Program-made: the position numbers and the translations under genes
Shown here: positions 59,432-64,000 of the stretch, piece by piece
How positions within the stretch are numbered: position 1 is the stretch's first letter
Layout of the letters: each line of letters opens with the position of its first letter
The notes under the pieces: model-generated
What the model was told of the DNA's origin: nothing
The model's input: the letters and a program-made list of their open reading frames with translations, nothing else
Databases searched by the model: none
From: an uncultured Akkermansia sp.
GTDB taxonomy: Bacteria > Verrucomicrobiota > Verrucomicrobiia > Verrucomicrobiales > Akkermansiaceae
Direction: 5' to 3'
Assembly: GCA_947630815.1 (NCBI GenBank)
Contig: CANRJD010000001.1
Location: 34,127-98,126 of the forward strand
Length of the DNA: 64,000 bases

Positions 59432-61943
59432 TGTAGAGTTCACCTTTTCTGGCAACGCCGCTTCACTGAAAGCCGCTCTCAATGACATCAAGAGCGAGAT
59501 TTCGCGTACGAAAGAATCTGTCGCTCATTTGACTGCCCAATTCGGGCAAATGTACATTGGTGTGCAAGGAGCCATCGCCGCCATCCGTACGGCTTGGACA
59601 GCCCTCAGCAACATCCCCGGACAGGCAGCACGTATAGAGGACTTGACGACGGTTTTCAAGGGACTCATGGGCAGCGCGGAGGAAGCCGGAGAGCTCTTGA
59701 ACGGACTCTGGCAAGATGCAGCACACGGCGCAGTCGGGCTTGAAGAAATGGCTGCTGCTGCACGACCGCTCACCAATGTATTCTCGAATACAGAAACAAT
59801 CCGAGAATGGACAAGGCGCTTTGCCGATATTTCCACAGGCTCAGGTGTAGCAGCTTCGCAACTGAGCAAAGTTTATGCCAGAATCCTGACGCTTGGCAAG
59901 GTTGATTCCCGCGCCGTGGAAAGTCTCGCTAAGCAGGGCTTGCCCATTTATCAGGAGCTTTCGGCGGTTATGGGTGTAACGGCGGACAAGGTGCAGGAGC
60001 TTGCCAAAAAAGGTGAAATCTCCGCTGAGCAATACACCGCTTCTCTCCGCAGAATGACCGGTGAGGGCGGGCAGTTTTATCAGCAATCAACCCAGCTCTC
60101 CAACACCGCACAAGGAAGCTGGAACACGCTCACCGAAACAATCAATCGCGCCGCCGCTGCACTAGGTACGCCTATCAACGCAGCGATTACTCCGCTGCTG
60201 AATGATATGACGGAGGCATTGGAGAAAATCATGCCCAATATAGAAGCCTTTGCCCGAAGTTTTGTCGAGGGTATGCAAAGCTTCGCGAAAATCATTGCTC
60301 CGGCAGTTGAAGGACTGGGGCAACTTATCAGCGCACTGGGCGGAGGTAAGACAGTCATTGCTTCTGTGGCTGCGGCTCTCCTGATATACTCCGGCAGTGC
60401 TCAGACAGCGGCGACGAGTACGACTTCCCTCCGAGCGCAAGTGGCCACCCTGCTCGCTTCGATGCGCTCTCTGGGGAGTGCGTCTATTGCTCAAGCTTTC
60501 AAGACGAGCATGACGAGCATTCGCTCTGTGATGACTAGCACGCTTGCGGGAATGCGCGTTGCATGGAATGCGGCGTGGACGACCATGGCGGCTGTCACAA
60601 GAGCTGCTATGATAGCGGTGAAAACCGCCATTGTCAGCACAGGTATCGGACTCATCATTGTGGGTATTGGCGAAGCTCTCGGTGCTTTGTATAGTTGGTT
60701 CATGGGGAATAGCGAAGCCGCCAAGCAAGCGGCAGAATCCGCGCGACAATTTGAGCGGGCGTTAGGGCAGATAGAGAAGCAAGCGCGCAAGGTCAGGACG
60801 CAGGAGCAATACGACTCCTTTATGGAGGAGCTTGAAGCCCGCATCGAGGAGTTGAAAGAAGCGCGCGAGATGGCGTACCAAAATGAAGATTGGGATAAGG
60901 GCGAACAGTTGACAGAACAACTTGATAAGCTCTGGAAGAAGAAAGCCATCTACAAAGAAACACTCCCTCTGCAAATAGAGGAAGCCCGCAAGGCTGAGGA
61001 GGCGGCGCGGCGTATGAAAGAACAGGCAGAGGCTGCCGCAGAACTGGAGAAAAAACTCGAAGCCGCTCGGGAAAAGCTCGACGACATGGTGAAGAAACAG
61101 CAGGAAAAGTCTCGTGAGGATTACCTCTCCGGGATAGAAGATACCGACAAGCAGATCACCTTCCGCTTACAGGACGCAGGAGGATTTAATTCGCTGCGAG
61201 AACTCAAGGCGGCGATGGAAGAGCTTTCCCGCACCACGCTCATGCAGGAAAGTGACGTTGAACGCTATGAACGCATGGCGAACGCCTACAATAAAATTGT
61301 GGAGCTTCAGAAGAAAGCCGCCGATAAAGAGAAGGAGAAAGTCAAAACAGCGGCAGAAGCACTTGCTGAATACCAGCGCGAGGAAGCTATCTTGGCGGCT
61401 CAGGCATCGGGAAATACCCGCCTTGTCAGCAAGCTCAAAGAGCAACAGCGCATCGTTCAGCTCACGGAGCAATACCGCAAAGCAGGTATGGCTGATGCCG
61501 AGGAACGCGCCAAGCGTATCGTGGAGCTGGAGAAAAGGTCAGACACCCAAAAAGCACAAAAGGACTACACCTCTGAGATGACTATGCTTCGTGCTCAGAT
61601 TGCGGGAGATGAGAAAAAACTCGCCCTGCTCAAACAACAGCAACGCATCACCCAGCTCACGGAAGAGTTCAGGAATCAGGGGCTTGCTAATGCCGAAGCC
61701 AAGGCAAAGAAACTCGTGACTTTGGAGCAGAAAGCTGCAGCAGCAGCCTCAATCTCGCCTGCCACCCGCATAAGTGACAGTATGGCAAGTGTCGGAGGAG
61801 GCGGTCGTTCTGTCGTGATAGGTGGTCCAATGCTGAGTGAAAGTAAGAAACACACGAAGCTGCTGCAAGAGGTTGGTGTCGCTCTCAAGCAAAAGCCTAC
61901 CGTACAACTTAGCGGCACATTGAAAGCCGTCATCTCGCGTTGA
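59424..61943 (+). CDS. Tape measure protein
   Basis: Ala-rich helical protein; GLPIYQEL...MGV...EL...GEIS motif. Confidence 0.9.
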   Translation: MADVEFTFSGNAASLKAALNDIKSEISRTKESVAHLTAQFGQMYIGVQGAIAAIRTAWTALSNIPGQAARIEDLTTVFKGLMGSAEEAGELLNGLWQDAAHGAVGLEEMAAAARPLTNVFSNTETIREWTRRFADISTGSGVAASQLSKVYARILTLGKVDSRAVESLAKQGLPIYQELSAVMGVTADKVQELAKKGEISAEQYTASLRRMTGEGGQFYQQSTQLSNTAQGSWNTLTETINRAAAALGTPINAAITPLLNDMTEALEKIMPNIEAFARSFVEGMQSFAKIIAPAVEGLGQLISALGGGKTVIASVAAALLIYSGSAQTAATSTTSLRAQVATLLASMRSLGSASIAQAFKTSMTSIRSVMTSTLAGMRVAWNAAWTTMAAVTRAAMIAVKTAIVSTGIGLIIVGIGEALGALYSWFMGNSEAAKQAAESARQFERALGQIEKQARKVRTQEQYDSFMEELEARIEELKEAREMAYQNEDWDKGEQLTEQLDKLWKKKAIYKETLPLQIEEARKAEEAARRMKEQAEAAAELEKKLEAAREKLDDMVKKQQEKSREDYLSGIEDTDKQITFRLQDAGGFNSLRELKAAMEELSRTTLMQESDVERYERMANAYNKIVELQKKAADKEKEKVKTAAEALAEYQREEAILAAQASGNTRLVSKLKEQQRIVQLTEQYRKAGMADAEERAKRIVELEKRSDTQKAQKDYTSEMTMLRAQIAGDEKKLALLKQQQRITQLTEEFRNQGLANAEAKAKKLVTLEQKAAAAASISPATRISDSMASVGGGGRSVVIGGPMLSESKKHTKLLQEVGVALKQKPTVQLSGTLKAVISR

Positions 61944-61965
61944 TTTTGACACAGCCACCGAGAGT

Positions 61966-62844
61966 ATGGCAAGTCAGGTAAAAATCAGCACAGACAGCAG
62001 CGGGGCCAAGCGCATCTGCTTCGGCAACTGCGATTACGTTGTCACAGCAATGGAATATGAGAGAGATGACAAGAACGGCGACTCCTATGTCCTGACTTAT
62101 GAGGCAGAGGGTTCACCCTCGGCAGGCATGCTACCTGCTATCGGCAGCGGTGTAAATGTTATGTCCGGTCTCCACCTGAGCAAAGCCGTAGCCACCTCAG
62201 CAGAGGGAGGCGTAACGACAATAAAGCTCACATTCTCAGAATCTCAAACCGAAGGAGACGGCGGCGGTGACGATGCCGCAGACGAAGAGGAGGATGGCAG
62301 CGGGAATGATGACACCGCCAAGGAAGCTGCTGAGACTGGAAAATACGGCTACAAGTGCAGTTTGGACGTAACATTGACGGACGAACCGCTCCTGACGCAT
62401 CCAAAATTTTCTGGAACAAGTGGAGCCACGCTGGAATACGTCAAAGCGCTCATGGATGGTGCGCGCATGTGGGAATTAGTGCCGGTAGTTGATAGAGACG
62501 GGAAGCCTCAGGTGGACAAAGATGGGTTGCCCATCAAGAAAAGACTTGGTTCCCTCTTACAAGGCGGGGGTAAACTCGTTGAACTCGCGCAAAAAGGTGT
62601 TACTACCTACAAAAGTCCAGCTGCAACCTTTTCTGAGTCGTACGTTTCAAAGAGCGGTTCTGTGGATACGAGCGGCGTTGGTCAGGTTGGGAAACCTGGC
62701 GGTGCACCCGTTTTTAAGGGACGCGATTGGCTGCTCGTTTCCCGCAACGCCTCTCTAAACGATGATGGCAAAACCTACACCGTTTCCAGCGTGTGGATGC
62801 TTTCGGGCGTAGGTGGTTGGGACTCCGATTTGTACGGTGGTTAA
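61966..62844 (+). CDS. Tail protein
   Basis: EPLLTHPKF, GGWDSDLY; follows the tape measure gene. Confidence 0.6.
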   Translation: MASQVKISTDSSGAKRICFGNCDYVVTAMEYERDDKNGDSYVLTYEAEGSPSAGMLPAIGSGVNVMSGLHLSKAVATSAEGGVTTIKLTFSESQTEGDGGGDDAADEEEDGSGNDDTAKEAAETGKYGYKCSLDVTLTDEPLLTHPKFSGTSGATLEYVKALMDGARMWELVPVVDRDGKPQVDKDGLPIKKRLGSLLQGGGKLVELAQKGVTTYKSPAATFSESYVSKSGSVDTSGVGQVGKPGGAPVFKGRDWLLVSRNASLNDDGKTYTVSSVWMLSGVGGWDSDLYGG

Positions 62845-62846
62845 GC

Positions 62847-64000
62847 GTGAAAACAAAGCTCCCAGACAAAGTGCGAGAGGGCGATACTCTCTCGGCTTCA
62901 TGGCTCAATCAAGGAGTTGAGTTCATGGAGGAGCTTTCGTCACTCGTCGAAGAAGCTGCCCCCAAGAACAGTGACTTACCTTCCACTTCCGTGGGCGTAT
63001 CTACGACCAACCGCGACACCAAAGCCCGCGAGTTCACCGAAAGCGATGCTATCCCTACGTTCACCCACCGAGATTTTGAACTGAGAATCAAGCCCAAGCA
63101 CCTATGCACCACAGAGGAAGACGGCAGCTACAGCAAAATTGTACAGGTACACAATGGCTACGTCACGGATTATCGCGGAGCAAAGGTCGGGTTGATTTCT
63201 GACGGCATGGGCAGCTCTGAATCAGATGATGGAGATTGGAAAGATTTTGCCGAGCTAAATGAAGCGCCGGTCGAAGTCTACCTCATCATCAAGCAAGATG
63301 ACGATGGCAACATCACAGAGATTAGCCTTTCCGCAGAGCAAAAAGAGGAACGCTACTGGGAGCCCAAGGAAGGAGGCAATGACTCTGGGGGCTCAAGCGG
63401 TGGCTCAGGAGAAAGCGGTGGAGGAGTCGAAGGAGGCGGTTTGCTCTGTATACACATCGGCACCGTCAAGACAGAGGTTGTAGAAGACCTGCGGCGCTTC
63501 TATGTCACCCAGCATCACGTCGGGCCGATAGAGCTTCAAGTGGTCAACGTAGCAAAGTTTATTTCCACTAAGGGTGATGGCAGCAGCAATGGTAGAGAAG
63601 AAAGTGGGGATAATAAGGAAAACGAACCCATTGGGCTATTCCGAGAGCGCAGAGCAAACGCTTTTTACTTCAAGACGGCTCTCGCCAAAAAGGAGGGCGG
63701 TGTCATTATTGAAGACGGCAACAGCATTACGTTCTCCCTGAATAAAGCGCACTATGTCCCGGAAGGAGCGGAGGGGAGCGGTAGCTCAACCACCTCTGCC
63801 TCTGGTGACGAAGGCGGTGAAAACTCGCCGTTTGGCGGTGTGCTGAGCATTGACTATTCACCCACGGTCAAGGCTCCCTGCATCCTCCAAGGAGCGATCA
63901 AACTTTCACTTGCTAACTACATCTCTGATTCCGAGAACGAAGATAATGGAGGGGGTGGTAGCGGTGACACGAAAATCGAAGAAGATTCCAGTGTGCCGGG
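62847..64000 (+). CDS. Tail/fibre-associated protein (partial)
   Basis: GTG start MKTKLPDKVREGDTLSASWLN; no stop seen in manual translation to about 63.8 kb; G/S/E-rich linkers. Confidence 0.65.
   Translation, partial: MKTKLPDKVREGDTLSASWLNQGVEFMEELSSLVEEAAPKNSDLPSTSVGVSTTNRDTKAREFTESDAIPTFTHRDFELRIKPKHLCTTEEDGSYSKIVQVHNGYVTDYRGAKVGLISDGMGSSESDDGDWKDFAELNEAPVEVYLIIKQDDDGNITEISLSAEQKEERYWEPKEGGNDSGGSSGGSGESGGGVEGGGLLCIHIGTVKTEVVEDLRRFYVTQHHVGPIELQVVNVAKFISTKGDGSSNGREESGDNKENEPIGLFRERRANAFYFKTALAKKEGGVIIEDGNSITFSLNKAHYVPEGAEGSGSSTTSASGDEGGENSPFGGVLSIDYSPTVKAPCILQGAIKLSLANYISDSENEDNGGGGSGDTKIEEDSSVP

Larger units (their letters stand above)
43327..61968 (+). promoter_or_regulatory. Repeated TTTGACA-N13/14-ATG element (8 copies plus 1 CTGACA variant)
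   Basis: TTGACA at 43327, 44140, 45864, 48816, 51272, 55384, 58001, 61946; CTGACA at 53743. Confidence 0.8.
18517..64000. mobile_element. tRNA-Ala-adjacent island containing a prophage (right end outside window)
   Basis: Housekeeping genes stop at the tRNA; then IS relics, R-M, recombinases and phage modules. No att duplication is visible. Confidence 0.7.

Overview
The window has two parts. (1) 1-18.5 kb is GC-rich host chromosome; gene content and style suggest Verrucomicrobiota/Akkermansia-like, which is inference. It carries an MFS transporter, ilvD, lnt, a ferredoxin, a DciA-like gene, an epimerase, rlmN interrupted by an in-frame TGA, ftsY, nusB, ribH, a 3x146-bp structured tandem array, ppa, clpB and tRNA-Ala(GGC). 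(2) From the tRNA 3' end to the window end is an accessory island. It begins with a sigma-like gene and an IS30 relic. Next is a low-GC EcoKI-like type I R-M locus whose hsdS is an invertible shufflon: a tyrosine recombinase, one expressed and two silent cassettes, up to 6 specificities. It continues into a siphovirus-like prophage with a large serine recombinase, two DUF2924-like genes, a helicase/PolA/primase replication module, lambda-type terminase/portal/S49 protease/capsid genes and tail genes. The main observations are: a TTTGACA-N13/14-ATG element in front of 8 (plus 1 variant) late-region starts, beginning right after a sigma-region-4-like HTH gene; a ParB / ABC-ATPase-GNAT / formyltransferase module next to the terminase (candidate DNA base-modification system); the hsdS shufflon; a pseudoknot-forming intergenic segment; a 110-bp dyad at the divergent control region; and a predicted -1 frameshift in the tail chaperone. 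All calls come from reading motifs by eye; no searches were run.
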